From Candidatus Woesearchaeota archaeon (lineage in GTDB: Archaea; Nanobdellota; Nanobdellia; Woesearchaeales; ARS49): a stretch of DNA of 64,000 nucleotides. A model generated the notes under the pieces. It saw nothing but the letters and a program-made list of their open reading frames with translations, had not been told where the DNA came from and made no database searches. The stretch is taken from NCBI GenBank assembly GCA_016203445.1, contig JACQMS010000019.1, forward strand, positions 7,473 to 71,472, given 5' to 3'. This document shows positions 53,223 through 63,535 of this stretch, one piece after another (the stretch's first letter is position 1; each line of letters begins with the position of its first letter). The translations under genes and the position numbers were made by a program.

Positions 53223-54812
53223 TTACTTATATGTTCTATCTAAACAGAATTTTTTGGTTCCTAATAATTTATACACTTTTGCATCAGGGTTCTTTATCAT
53301 TTGCTCCTGAAAAAGTCTTGATGATGGAACAAATATGTCTGAATACTTTTCTCCGAGCCTAACTTCAAGTAGAGGAATTTTGGATATCAAAGAGTCGGCT
53401 ATTTCAATATGATCTTCTTCTATTTTGAACTCTCTGCGGTATTTTATTCTTGATATTTTATTTTTGGTAATTAATACATCTCTAAGTTTCTCTCTTAAAT
53501 ATCTGCCAAAGATAGGTATTTTTGCGATGTTTGAGATAATTATTCTGAAAATAATTAATTTGGTTGTAGTCATTATAGAGTTTTTGCACAGTATTAGTTT
53601 TCCTTCTATATTAATTTCTGAATTATTTTTTAGAATATTCGGTTCTTGTAGATATGATGATGTGTTCATTCCTTCTCGTGTTTTGACAAGTATTCCAGAA
53701 TCATAATTGTGTAATAAAGACTTTTTATTTATGTATTGGAATGATCCTCCTTTTTTCAAATTTGCAACAAAATAATATTTTGAATTGTTCTTCACGAGAA
53801 GCCCTGTTGTTGGGAAATATATTTGAAAATCTTTATTAAATTCTTCTTTTGTTTTAACAATCTCCTTCTTTCCATTAATATAGGATTCGAAGTATGTGGC
53901 TCCAAGGTATAATAAATATCTGTCATCAATTTCTCGCAGGCTTAAACTTTTTCTATTAACGAGCCCTTTTCGTATGAAAACCGCTATGTTTGCGGCATCT
54001 TTAACTTCTCTGGAGATTATTTCAAATCCTGCTGGAATCAAATATTCAGTATTTCTGCTGGCGTACTCGCCGCCGCTCGTGTAATCTGGGTGAATAAAAT
54101 ATTTTATGAATGAGCACGCTTTTGCAATGATTTTCAGGGCATCTTGACTTCCTGTTTTTTGATAGTATAGTGACAGATAATAAATTGTAAGGGAGAGATA
54201 TCCCACATCTGCGCCTCCATACTCAAGAAACCACCCGTCTTCACTCTGCAATTTTTTAAGATTATTCAGAGATCCTTCTGACTTTTTTTTATACTTTTCT
54301 TTATTTGTAAGCAAATAAGTATTGTATAATCCTATTGGTAGAGAAGAATACTGATTTTGAACTCTTGTTTCTTTTAATGAGGATAATTTCGTTGCTATTT
54401 TCTCTATTGCTGTCAAAATTTTTCTATTTGGTGTTTCGCCAATAACAATATATGTTTGTGTTATCGCGTACAAATTGAATGCATTACACACAAAACTATC
54501 TTCTCCAGGATACCACTCGCTTAATTCCTTGACTGCTTTTACGCTCCAATAATTCAGCGCGGCATTAATAAATTCTTTAATTTGCGGTGATTTATAATAA
54601 GGATTTTCTTTGTGATTTGTTGCGAAAGCATAAGCGATTGTTAATACTGCTTCTTGTTTTCTCATAGATGGAAAGTCGCTCATCTTGTAATGCCAGTACT
54701 CCCTATCAAAACAACCGTAAGTTTTAGATGATGCGGATCTATCTAGTTGCGTTAAAATTCTCGGGACGCTTTCAATTATTACTCTTATGTATTCTTCATT
54801 TGTTGGATTCAT
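53223..54812 (-). CDS. Hypothetical protein (529 aa), possibly glycan-related given its context
   Basis: No signal peptide or confident domain. Sits between the nitroreductase-methyltransferase fusion and the glycosyltransferase. Confidence 0.4.
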   Translation of the reverse strand: MNPTNEEYIRVIIESVPRILTQLDRSASSKTYGCFDREYWHYKMSDFPSMRKQEAVLTIAYAFATNHKENPYYKSPQIKEFINAALNYWSVKAVKELSEWYPGEDSFVCNAFNLYAITQTYIVIGETPNRKILTAIEKIATKLSSLKETRVQNQYSSLPIGLYNTYLLTNKEKYKKKSEGSLNNLKKLQSEDGWFLEYGGADVGYLSLTIYYLSLYYQKTGSQDALKIIAKACSFIKYFIHPDYTSGGEYASRNTEYLIPAGFEIISREVKDAANIAVFIRKGLVNRKSLSLREIDDRYLLYLGATYFESYINGKKEIVKTKEEFNKDFQIYFPTTGLLVKNNSKYYFVANLKKGGSFQYINKKSLLHNYDSGILVKTREGMNTSSYLQEPNILKNNSEINIEGKLILCKNSIMTTTKLIIFRIIISNIAKIPIFGRYLREKLRDVLITKNKISRIKYRREFKIEEDHIEIADSLISKIPLLEVRLGEKYSDIFVPSSRLFQEQMIKNPDAKVYKLLGTKKFCLDRTYK

Positions 54813-54832
54813 AAAAACTTCTTCCTTTAAAA

Positions 54833-55768
54833 CTATCTTCTAGGTTTTTTCCTTAACACAAAAGTTTTCTCTTTTCTTTGTGAAGTTATGAGCTCTCCTA
54901 ATAATCCTGTGCAGAAAATTTGAACGCTTAATAGTATAAGTAATATTCCTAGAAGAAGTGCCGGCAAATGTTCTCCGAAGAGTTCTCCCATTATTATTCT
55001 ATAATACAATACGTATAATTCTAAGAAAAAACCTGAAAAGAATAGTGCCAGTCCGAGGGTTCCGAAAAGATGCAAAGGTCTTTGTACATACTCATTAAGG
55101 AATTTTATTGCTATAAGGTCAAAAGGTCCGGTGAATATTCTTTTCAATCCATATTTGCTTTTTCCGTGAATTCTTTCATGGTGTCTAACTATTACTTCTC
55201 CAACAGAGTATCCTTGGCTTTTCACTATGGCAGGCATGTAGCGAAAATTATCTCCGTATAGAATTAAATTTTTTGCAACTTCTGATTTCATCGCTCTAAA
55301 TCCGCAGTCAGAATCGTGTAGGCATAAATGAAACATTTTTCTGTTGAGCCAGTTAAATATTTTTGAAGGAATTTTTTTTGTTATTAATGGGTCTTTTCTA
55401 TCTTTTTTCCAGCCTATAACAAGATCTTGTCTTTTTAGTTCTTCCAAAAATTTAGGTATTTCTAATGGATCATCTTGAAGATCTGCATCCATGGTGATTA
55501 TTATGTTCCCTTTCGAATTTTCAAATCCTGCCGTGTAAACTGCCGCCTTTCCAAAATTTCTCTGAAAGTAAATTGGTTTAACATGCGGATCTTTGTATTC
55601 TAATTCTGTTAGTTCATCATAAGTTCCATCTGTGCTTCCATCATCAATCCAGAGTATTTCGTAATAGTAAGGAATATTTTTTAATATTCCAGTTAGCGAT
55701 TCATATAGCGGTTTTATGTTCTCTTCCTCGTTGTATGCCGGTATTATAACACTTATTTTTTGCTTCAT
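54833..55768 (-). CDS. Family-2 glycosyltransferase (dolichyl-phosphate hexose synthase-like) with a C-terminal TM
   Basis: 'VIIPAYNEEENI…WIDDGSTDGT…ITMDADLQDDP' are the GT2 DxD/DAD motifs. Confidence 0.8.
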   Translation of the reverse strand: MKQKISVIIPAYNEEENIKPLYESLTGILKNIPYYYEILWIDDGSTDGTYDELTELEYKDPHVKPIYFQRNFGKAAVYTAGFENSKGNIIITMDADLQDDPLEIPKFLEELKRQDLVIGWKKDRKDPLITKKIPSKIFNWLNRKMFHLCLHDSDCGFRAMKSEVAKNLILYGDNFRYMPAIVKSQGYSVGEVIVRHHERIHGKSKYGLKRIFTGPFDLIAIKFLNEYVQRPLHLFGTLGLALFFSGFFLELYVLYYRIIMGELFGEHLPALLLGILLILLSVQIFCTGLLGELITSQRKEKTFVLRKKPRR

Positions 55769-55806
55769 GGTAGAATTAGTACTGGAATATAACTAACATT
55801 TTAAAT

Positions 55807-56214
55807 CTATCTTTTCTTCTTTTCAAGTAGTCTTCTCAAATCTTTTTGTATTTGTTTTACCTCTTTTTCTGCTTTCTTGTTGACTTTGTAGTCTTGTTCC
55901 GCTTTCCACCTGTCTCTTTCTGCTGTTCTGTTTTGTGACATTAGTATCATTGGTGCTTGGAGCGCGGCCAGTGTTGATAGTAATAGGTTGAATAGTATGA
56001 ATGGGTATGGGTCCCATTTGTAATTCCACGCCATCGTGTTAATTATTATCCATAATATTAATATCCCAATTAGCGTCAATATGAATGTCCAGCTTCCTGC
56101 GTGGTGTGTTATCCAATCTGCCGACTTTTGCCCTATAGTTCTTTTTGGGTGTTGCCAATGCTTTTTGGGATCAAATATTTCCATAGCGCCTCTTTTTTTG
56201 TATTGCAGTCTCAC
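55807..56214 (-). CDS. DUF1003-family membrane protein
   Basis: 'SADWITHHAGSWTFIL…WDPYPFILFNLLLSTLAALQAPMILMSQNR' matches the DUF1003 signature. Confidence 0.55.
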   Translation of the reverse strand: MRLQYKKRGAMEIFDPKKHWQHPKRTIGQKSADWITHHAGSWTFILTLIGILILWIIINTMAWNYKWDPYPFILFNLLLSTLAALQAPMILMSQNRTAERDRWKAEQDYKVNKKAEKEVKQIQKDLRRLLEKKKR

Positions 56215-56229
56215 TCGTAAACTCTGTTT

Positions 56230-57432
56230 TTAAAGCTTTCTTATAATTTTTTCTATTGAGAATATCGGTTCATAGATTATCCCGTCTCTTTTTGCTGAAA
56301 GCTTTTCGGAAAGAATAATGCTTTTTTTTGGTCTGTATTTTTCTAGAAAGCTTTGGAATGATTTTGTCGTTTGAGGGGCGGTCAATGTTGACTTTATTTC
56401 AAGTGGCACTGCTTGTTCAATAATGAAATCCACTTCCGCTTTTGATTTTGTTCTCCAATACTGAACTTTTCTTTCTTGTTTTATGAGTTCGGATGCTATG
56501 AAGTTTTCATAGAGTGCTCCTTTGTCTGTTCTTGTTTCTATTGTTTGGAAATTTTTTATGACGGTATTTCTGAATCCATTATCATAAAAGAATATCTTTG
56601 GTGATTTCACAAGTTCTGTTCTTGGATTTGTGTGAAATGGTGTTGCGCGGAGGCAGATAAAAGTTTTTTCGAGGACATTCATGTTATCAAGAAGTTCTAA
56701 GTGGTGAAGTGCGGATATAACTCCCAGTTCATCATAATTTATAATATTGCCAGTCTGTAGTGCAAGGGCGTGGAGGAGTTTTTCAATTTTGTAATCTTCT
56801 TTTATATTGAGTATTTCCTTTATTTCTTTGAGAAAGTATGTGTTGTAAATATTTTTGAGTACTATTTCTTTTTCTTCTTTTGTTGCTCCGAGAATAACTC
56901 GAGGATACCCTCCATAGATGCAGAATTGTTGAAAAAGTGGAAATATCTTTTTGATGATTGGTAGTGTGAGTTTTCTCTTTGAATAGATATTGTAAAGTAC
57001 TGGCTCTTTATACAGGAGAAATTCTTCAAATGAGCAGGGATAAAGGTGGAAAACAAAGATTCTTCCCACGAGATATTTTATACTGTGGATTGTAAGGTCT
57101 ATAACAGAAGATCCAGAAATAATAATTTTTGTTTTTTGTGTGTCATAAATATACTTGAGTTGTTTTCCTCCTTCTCTTGCATACTGAAACTCGTCAATGA
57201 AAAGGTATGTATATGGTTTCACGTGAATATCTATGAATGATTGTATATCTTCATTGAAGAGTTCGAGAGTTTCTCTGTCTTCAAACGTGAGAAAGTTTGC
57301 CTTCTGGAGTTGTTTGAATATATTTTGCAACAAAGTTGTTTTCCCGGACTGTCTTGGACCAACAACTGCAATAATTTCTTTTGTTGAGAGATACTTGTTT
57401 AACGTTCTTTCTAATGCTCGTCGTATGTACAT
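56230..57432 (-). CDS. AAA-family ATPase with a DUF4143-like C-terminal domain
   Basis: Walker A 'VVGPRQSGKTTL' and Walker B 'LFIDEF'. Start placed at the internal Met 'MYIRR'. Confidence 0.6.
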   Translation of the reverse strand: MYIRRALERTLNKYLSTKEIIAVVGPRQSGKTTLLQNIFKQLQKANFLTFEDRETLELFNEDIQSFIDIHVKPYTYLFIDEFQYAREGGKQLKYIYDTQKTKIIISGSSVIDLTIHSIKYLVGRIFVFHLYPCSFEEFLLYKEPVLYNIYSKRKLTLPIIKKIFPLFQQFCIYGGYPRVILGATKEEKEIVLKNIYNTYFLKEIKEILNIKEDYKIEKLLHALALQTGNIINYDELGVISALHHLELLDNMNVLEKTFICLRATPFHTNPRTELVKSPKIFFYDNGFRNTVIKNFQTIETRTDKGALYENFIASELIKQERKVQYWRTKSKAEVDFIIEQAVPLEIKSTLTAPQTTKSFQSFLEKYRPKKSIILSEKLSAKRDGIIYEPIFSIEKIIRKL

Positions 57433-57596
57433 TTTGTGCCTGCCAAAATAGATACTTCTCAAACTTTAGCAGGGTACTATTTAAAGGTTCCTATTTTGTA
57501 TGTTCTTGCTTCTTACAATAGGGCGAGCCATCAATTAATTGACGGGTTTTTGTTATCGTTGCCACCAGCCATACATCCTCTTACTGCCCGTATTCT

Positions 57597-57866
57597 TTAC
57601 ACTCCGAACGCTTTTTGGAACTCGTTTAATTCCCGTAATTTTTGCAGGAATGTACTACCTTTGTCTGTTATTATCAGGTATTCATAACCTTTGTTGTCCA
57701 TTTTTGTTACCATTTCATTGTTTATTAATTCTTCTAGGTATGACTGCATTTGTCCGTGTGACAGGTTTGCTTTGTACATTAGATGTGTTGGCTTTAGTTT
57801 TCCTCTTTCTTGAAGTGTTTTCAGCATGTCGCTTACTATTTCTATCTTATTGCGTTTTTTTGCCAT
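57597..57866 (-). CDS. Small winged-helix DNA-binding protein
   Basis: 89 aa with helix-turn-helix-like 'HGQMQSYLEELINNEMV'. Overlaps the upstream membrane-protein gene. Confidence 0.4.
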   Translation of the reverse strand: MAKKRNKIEIVSDMLKTLQERGKLKPTHLMYKANLSHGQMQSYLEELINNEMVTKMDNKGYEYLIITDKGSTFLQKLRELNEFQKAFGV

Positions 57867-58548
57867 GGTATAGTATAAGTGCTAATGTCCACAGGAGCAT
57901 TGCGCTTCCTATGAGTTGTACTAGTTCTCCCAGAACGTATAATACCGGGAACATTCCCGTAAACATGAATAGTATTTGGCTTGCTGTTATTATGCTGAAA
58001 CTTGTTGCTAGACTTAGCGCTGTTTGTGACCTGTTATTTTTAGCGCTGTTATTCCATAATTTTTTTGTTATCAATGCTAAAAATATTGCGTTAGTCATGA
58101 AGAATACATAGTATGAGAATTGTGTAAAGTATAGTGCTACGAATAGAAAGTATGCTTGAAGTGCTATGCTTAACCTGTCAGTTCTATCACCGTAATAAAC
58201 TAAGTATAATAGGTATAATCCTAGGAATGTTAGTGCTCTGTACCCTATGAATCCTATAAAAAATGGTATGTTTGATGCTTTAACTATACTGTGAGAGAAT
58301 GTTATTAATCCTTGGTTTTGAGTTTCAAATGTGCTGTAGTAAAGTTCGAAATTTGTGAATATTTTGAATGTGAATGATACTGCTAGCGACAAGAACCCTA
58401 TTGTGAATAGCGCGCTTTTCTGTTCTTTTGATACTTTGTATAATTTGTAGCTGAATGCAGTTATTATAAGCAGTGTTATAATGCTTACTGCGTCTATTCC
58501 TATGTCTTTCCCGTAGAACCAGTTCGGGCTGAATACGAGTTCAACCAT
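57847..58548 (-). CDS. Polytopic membrane protein (hypothetical)
   Basis: 233 aa with about 7 TM helices. Confidence 0.4.
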   Translation of the reverse strand: MVELVFSPNWFYGKDIGIDAVSIITLLIITAFSYKLYKVSKEQKSALFTIGFLSLAVSFTFKIFTNFELYYSTFETQNQGLITFSHSIVKASNIPFFIGFIGYRALTFLGLYLLYLVYYGDRTDRLSIALQAYFLFVALYFTQFSYYVFFMTNAIFLALITKKLWNNSAKNNRSQTALSLATSFSIITASQILFMFTGMFPVLYVLGELVQLIGSAMLLWTLALILYHGKKTQ

Positions 58549-58732
58549 TGATGAAAACCCCCTGAATTTGTTTTTAAAGCTTATGCTTTTATTTTCTCGA
58601 TTAGTATGTCAAAGGTATTAATAAACCCTGCGATTTAATGCTAAAAATAAGGTGATTAAAGGTTCTATTCTTGACACACCCTGCCTGCTTCCGTCACCGC
58701 GAATGCGGAAGCGGGAGATTTTTATTATGATC

Positions 58733-58966
58733 TCATGCACACTTTGTTCCGCTAGGACATTTTGTTGGTATTTCTGATTCTAATGTTTCTCCTATATCTA
58801 CATCGCCAGCCTCGTCAGCGAACTGTTCGTCGATATCGCTTATTAGTTGTTCATCACTTGCTTCTTGTTGTCCATTCTGCGTGCTTGGCGGTGTTTGTTT
58901 TGAACACCCCGCAAATATTATTAGTATCACTAATGTTATTGTTGCAATTGTCATGATTTTTTTCAT
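58733..58966 (-). CDS. Small lipoprotein (lipobox FAGC), acidic
   Basis: 'MKKIMTIATITLVILIIFAGCSK'. Confidence 0.4.
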   Translation of the reverse strand: MKKIMTIATITLVILIIFAGCSKQTPPSTQNGQQEASDEQLISDIDEQFADEAGDVDIGETLESEIPTKCPSGTKCA

Positions 58967-58972
58967 TTTTTA

Positions 58973-60013
58973 TCACCTCGATTTCGCTCTTTGAACTCCT
59001 TCATTGGAATCTACTTTTGGTTCGGTGTTTTTTGATTCAGCCTTCTCAATTTTTTCTTGAGCTTTTTCTTCAACCGTAGATATTTTTTGTGATGCCCTTG
59101 TTCTTGCAGTATCTATTTTCTGTTGAATTTTGCTGTTCGTTCTTTCCTGAACTTTTGCCTTGACATCTGGAGGCGCATTTTTGGCTATATTTGCACTTCT
59201 GGCATCAAGCCTTTCTTTTTGTCTGGACTCGAATTTTTCTAGTGAATTGTTTATTTTTTGTTCTCTTTTATTAGCTCTTTCCTGCACTTCTCTTTTTATT
59301 TCTACAATCTTGTCACCTTTTTTCTGTTCTCTCAACTCTTTTACTTTTTCTTCGGCTTTAGTTCTTGCTTCTGATGCAGTCAATTCTCCATTTTTCACTT
59401 TTTCTATTATTGTCGCGTCAACGTTTCCATTCTCAGAGCTTTCTAATACTTTTTTTAGGTGCTCTGCGTTGTGCTCTCTAACTTTTTGTTTTGCACTTTC
59501 TCGAACGCTTTTCAGAGTGTTTGATTCAAATTTTTCTGTTTTTATTTTCGCTATGTCTTGCGCGTCAAGCAATGTTTTCGCTTTTTCGCGGAAATCTTTT
59601 ACTAGTTCTATAGCATCGTGTTTTGCATCAACGAATTCTTGAACTTTATGGTCTTCAGGTGTTGGCTCTATTAGTGATACTTCTTCTTTCAGCGCTTTTG
59701 CTTCTTCCAGCAACGCTTCGAGTTCTGCAGTGCTTGCATTTTTAGTTTTTGCCAGCTCTATAATTCTTGTCGCTTTGAGTATGTGTTCTTCCAGTTTTGC
59801 CTCTAATTGTAACAACCTTACTTCTGCTCCGAATGGTGTCGTCATTATTTTTGTTTCAGTTTCTGTTATTATACTTATTGCTTTGCTTGTTTCTTCATTG
59901 CTTGCGGAAGCATTTGTTGAATTATTTTCAGTATCATTTTCTACCGCAACCACTGCTTGAACCGCGACAACAAACAATAATAGAATTATAAACAACGAAA
60001 AAATATTTTTCAT
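58973..60013 (-). CDS. Secreted Glu/Lys-rich coiled-coil protein
   Basis: Signal 'LFIILLLFVVAVQAVVA' followed by a long charged helical region. Confidence 0.45.
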   Translation of the reverse strand: MKNIFSLFIILLLFVVAVQAVVAVENDTENNSTNASASNEETSKAISIITETETKIMTTPFGAEVRLLQLEAKLEEHILKATRIIELAKTKNASTAELEALLEEAKALKEEVSLIEPTPEDHKVQEFVDAKHDAIELVKDFREKAKTLLDAQDIAKIKTEKFESNTLKSVRESAKQKVREHNAEHLKKVLESSENGNVDATIIEKVKNGELTASEARTKAEEKVKELREQKKGDKIVEIKREVQERANKREQKINNSLEKFESRQKERLDARSANIAKNAPPDVKAKVQERTNSKIQQKIDTARTRASQKISTVEEKAQEKIEKAESKNTEPKVDSNEGVQRAKSR

Positions 60014-60234
60014 TTTTTCACCTCAACCAAATTCTCAAGAATGCAGAAGTGTATAAGGAAGTATATAAATTTGACTGAAAACTCTGCATTCACTTCACCG
60101 TTATGAGCAACAGTATGAACAGGAATGATACTATACTTGTAAGCAACAACAGTTTCGGTTTTCGGAGTATGAACGGTATACTGTTTAGAATTATCACTCC
60201 GCCTCCAACCACTGCATTTATTGGTTCTATCATT

Positions 60235-60408
60235 TTACCACCCTTGCTGGAAGAGTATTTTTATGGCTTCTATTAAAAGACCTAGTCCTCCAAGAAACGC
60301 TCCAAGATTCGCATAACCCAAAATAACTGTCAAGCCTCCGACTATAAGGCAACAACCTGCTACAACATCTATAGGGTTTATCAACAATGTTCCTTTCTTT
60401 GATGTCAT
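60235..60408 (-). CDS. Small membrane peptide (57 aa), below the ORF cut-off
   Basis: Hand translation gives MTSKKGTLLINPIDVVAGCCLIVGGLTVILGYANLGAFLGGLGLLIEAIKILFQQGW. Confidence 0.25.
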   Translation of the reverse strand: MTSKKGTLLINPIDVVAGCCLIVGGLTVILGYANLGAFLGGLGLLIEAIKILFQQGW

Positions 60409-60461
60409 GTTGTTAACTCTGAATTTTTATGTATTTAATTGTTTCGGAAAAATGTGATTTT

Positions 60462-61538
60462 TTACTTCTTCTTCACTTCTATTTTTCCTTTTTTCGCGTT
60501 TATTATTATTTCTTCACCTTCTTTTATTTTTGATAGTGTTGTTGCCAGCTTTGGCAGCAGTATTCTTTCTCCTCTGAAATCTATTGTTGTTATTAATTCT
60601 TTTTCTGGCTGGTTTTCTTCAGGTATTAATTCTTTTAATTCTTCTGTTACTGTTTTCGTTTTTATTCCTTTGAACTCTCTTGTTTTCTTGTATAGATAGC
60701 TTGCTATTTTTTCTGCGATGTTTATTTTTGTTGCTTTTGTTATTCCTTGCAATCCTGGTGATATGTTTATTTCTATTACTAATGGCCCTTTAGGCCCTTT
60801 GAGCATGTCTACTCCGCATATTTCTGCCTGCATCGCTTGGGCGGCTTGTATAGCTATTTTTCTTTCCGGATCCTCTAAAAATATTGGTGTTCCTTCACCT
60901 CCAGAGTGCAGGTTCGCTCTTTTGTCACCTTTACCAGCGCTTCTTTGCATTGCTGCTACAACTTTTTCCCCTACTACGAATGCTCTTATATCTTTGCCTT
61001 CTGTTTCCACGTACTCTTGTATTAAGAATGGTTGTTTTAATAGTGCTAAAGTGTCTATCATTGTTATGGCACTTTCTGAGCTGTCTGCAAACATTACTCC
61101 CTTGCCGTGAGTTCCTGAAGGCATTTTTATTATTATTGGGTATGTTACTTTTTTTAGCAATTTTTTCGCGGATTCTGCTGATGGTACTATGTACGTTTTC
61201 GGCATTGGCACTCCGTGTTCTTGCAATTTCAAGTGTGTTAGCAATTTGTCATGAGCTCTTGTGAATGCTTGTTCTTCCGTTGGCATATACGTTGTTTTTT
61301 TCAATTGAGTTGTTATCGCTCTTAGTAATGTTGAGTATCTGAAGCTTCCTTTTGCGTATACGCAATCGTATTGTTTTAATGGCTTTCCTTTGTATAATAC
61401 TCCTTTGCCTGTTTGGGCTCCTATCTCTATTTCTATATCTTTTAGGCTTAAATTTTCTACTTCATCAAAGCATCGTTTTAGTGCTTCTGCTATCCATTGT
61501 GATGATGTGCTTCCCAGGCTTATTATTGCGGCTTTCAT
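60462..61538 (-). CDS. rimK: RimK-family ATP-grasp ligase (alpha-L-glutamate ligase-like) with a C-terminal extension
   Basis: ATP-grasp motifs 'YPIIIKMPSGTHGKGVMF', 'FLIQEYVE', 'DIRAFVVG' and 'GVDMLKGPKGPLVIEIN'. Confidence 0.8.
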   Translation of the reverse strand: MKAAIISLGSTSSQWIAEALKRCFDEVENLSLKDIEIEIGAQTGKGVLYKGKPLKQYDCVYAKGSFRYSTLLRAITTQLKKTTYMPTEEQAFTRAHDKLLTHLKLQEHGVPMPKTYIVPSAESAKKLLKKVTYPIIIKMPSGTHGKGVMFADSSESAITMIDTLALLKQPFLIQEYVETEGKDIRAFVVGEKVVAAMQRSAGKGDKRANLHSGGEGTPIFLEDPERKIAIQAAQAMQAEICGVDMLKGPKGPLVIEINISPGLQGITKATKINIAEKIASYLYKKTREFKGIKTKTVTEELKELIPEENQPEKELITTIDFRGERILLPKLATTLSKIKEGEEIIINAKKGKIEVKKK

Positions 61539-61596
61539 TTTTCACCAATATTACTCTACATTATCTTGTTCTATTTTTATTATTTCTGATTTTTTC

Positions 61597-61956
61597 TCAC
61601 TCCGTTTTCTTGTTAGGATCTATTATGAACCCTCCTTTTATTAGAACGTTTTGTCCTATTAAAACTTTGTACTTCATATGGCTTCTGTTTATCGTTGTGA
61701 AATCAACAATCATTTTTTTGTCATCCAGCCTTATTTCCGCTCTTACTACTGGTCTTGTTGTTTGTCCTGATGCGGATTTTATTACTGTTTTGCCTATTGC
61801 GGGTCCCAATCCTAATTCTTCTGAAAGTTTTGTGTCAATACTGCTTTTTGTTGCTCCAGTATCTACTCTAGCTTTTACTCTTTTTACTGTTTGCCCGTAA
61901 ATCAGTATGTCTTCAGTTAGTCCTATAACTTTTTTGTCTGATTTGTAAACATTCAT
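61597..61956 (-). CDS. Retropepsin-like aspartic protease (RimK-associated, DUF785-like)
   Basis: Catalytic 'VDTGATKSSI'. Its position immediately downstream of rimK is a known conserved pairing. Confidence 0.65.
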   Translation of the reverse strand: MNVYKSDKKVIGLTEDILIYGQTVKRVKARVDTGATKSSIDTKLSEELGLGPAIGKTVIKSASGQTTRPVVRAEIRLDDKKMIVDFTTINRSHMKYKVLIGQNVLIKGGFIIDPNKKTE

Positions 61957-63482
61957 TTATTTTTCCTCTTTTCATCATTTTTTTTTGGTTTTGTTTTGCC
62001 ATTTACAATTTCTTGAACTGTTTTCATAAATGGGAATAGTATTACGTCTCTGATGCTTTTATTGTTAGTCATCAGCATAGTAAGCCTGTCTATTCCTATA
62101 CCTACACCTCCTGTTGGAGGCATTCCGTACTCTATTGCTTGAACGAAATCTTCGTCCATTGGGTGTGCTTCTTCATCGCCTCCTCTTAACTGTTTTGCTT
62201 GTTCTTCTAATAATTTTCTTTGTAGTATTGGATCATTTAATTCTGAGTATGCGTTTGAGAATTCCATTCCCGCTATGAATAATTCGAATCTTTCCACTAA
62301 CTCTTTTGTGATTCTTGATGATTTGGCTAGCGGTGTTGTTTCTATGGGGTGTTCTATCACAAATGTTGGCTGCACCAATTTATCTTCTACTAGTTCTTCA
62401 AATAATTGTTGTATCATTAGCCCTCTTGTTATGTCTCCTTCCACATCTATATTATAGGTTATTCTTAGGTCGAATAATTCTTCGTCTGAGTATTTATCAA
62501 CGTCTATGTTTACATGTTCTTTCAATAAATCTTTCATGGTGGCCCGTCTCCAAGGAGTCCCCAAATTAATAGTGTGATCTCCAAAAGGTATTTTAAGGGT
62601 TCCGTAAAGTTTTCTCGCACAGTTGGTGAATATTTCTTCGACCCTTTCCATCATTATATGGTAGTCTGCATATGCCTCGTAAAATTCTATTTGCGTAAAT
62701 TCTGGGTTGTGTGAAGTGTCTATGTCTTCGTTTCTGAAATCTTTTGCGAATTCGTAAACTTTTTCGAATCCTCCGACGAGTAATCTTTTTAGCGCCAGCT
62801 CGTTTGCAATTCTTAAATAGATAGTCATGTTGAGAGCGTTTAGATGGCTTTTGAATGGTTTTGCGCTCGCTCCTCCGTATATTGGTTGTAATATTGGTGT
62901 TTCAACTTCCAGATATCCATGGCTGTTTAGTGTTTCTCTTATGGTATCAATTATTAATCTTCTTTTCTTGAATGTTTCTTTTATTTCTGGATTCATAACT
63001 AGGTCTAAATATCTTTGCCTGTATCTTGATTCCACATCTTTTAGCCCGTGCCATTTTTCTGGGAGTGGAAGTATTGTTTTACACAACATTTCTACACTTT
63101 TTGCGTAAACAGTTATCTCTCCGCTTCTAGTCTTGAAAACTCCTCCCTCAATTCCTGCAAAATCTCCCACATCATATAATTTTAGTTCTTCATAATTTTT
63201 TAGTGATTCTTCTTTTGCGCAAACCTGCATTTTTCCGAACTCGTCTTGGATGTGGAAAAATGTTAGTTTTCCTAAACGCCTCATGCTTATTATTCTTCCA
63301 GCAATTCTTGTGTTTCCTTGAGGTGTTTCTGAAGCGTTGTGATATTTTGATGTTATAACATTCGAGTGTTCTGTCCCTGCAAAAGTGTACGGATATGGAT
63401 TTATTTTTCTATCTCTTAGCTCGTTAAGCTTTTTTATTCTTTCACTGATTATCTGCTCTTCTCTGGACATGTTGACGTTCAC
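61953..63482 (-). CDS. lysS: Lysyl-tRNA synthetase, class II
   Basis: Class II motifs 'FHIQDEFGKMQV' (OB-fold region), 'LRIANELALKRLLVGGFEKVYEFAKDFRNE' (motif 2) and 'GGVGIGIDRLTMLMT' (motif 3). Confidence 0.9.
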   Translation of the reverse strand: MNVNMSREEQIISERIKKLNELRDRKINPYPYTFAGTEHSNVITSKYHNASETPQGNTRIAGRIISMRRLGKLTFFHIQDEFGKMQVCAKEESLKNYEELKLYDVGDFAGIEGGVFKTRSGEITVYAKSVEMLCKTILPLPEKWHGLKDVESRYRQRYLDLVMNPEIKETFKKRRLIIDTIRETLNSHGYLEVETPILQPIYGGASAKPFKSHLNALNMTIYLRIANELALKRLLVGGFEKVYEFAKDFRNEDIDTSHNPEFTQIEFYEAYADYHIMMERVEEIFTNCARKLYGTLKIPFGDHTINLGTPWRRATMKDLLKEHVNIDVDKYSDEELFDLRITYNIDVEGDITRGLMIQQLFEELVEDKLVQPTFVIEHPIETTPLAKSSRITKELVERFELFIAGMEFSNAYSELNDPILQRKLLEEQAKQLRGGDEEAHPMDEDFVQAIEYGMPPTGGVGIGIDRLTMLMTNNKSIRDVILFPFMKTVQEIVNGKTKPKKNDEKRKNK

Positions 63483-63535
63483 TTGAGTGTCATTTAAAAA
63501 GGTTTTTATAGTTCCGTTTTCTTTACGAAGAAATT

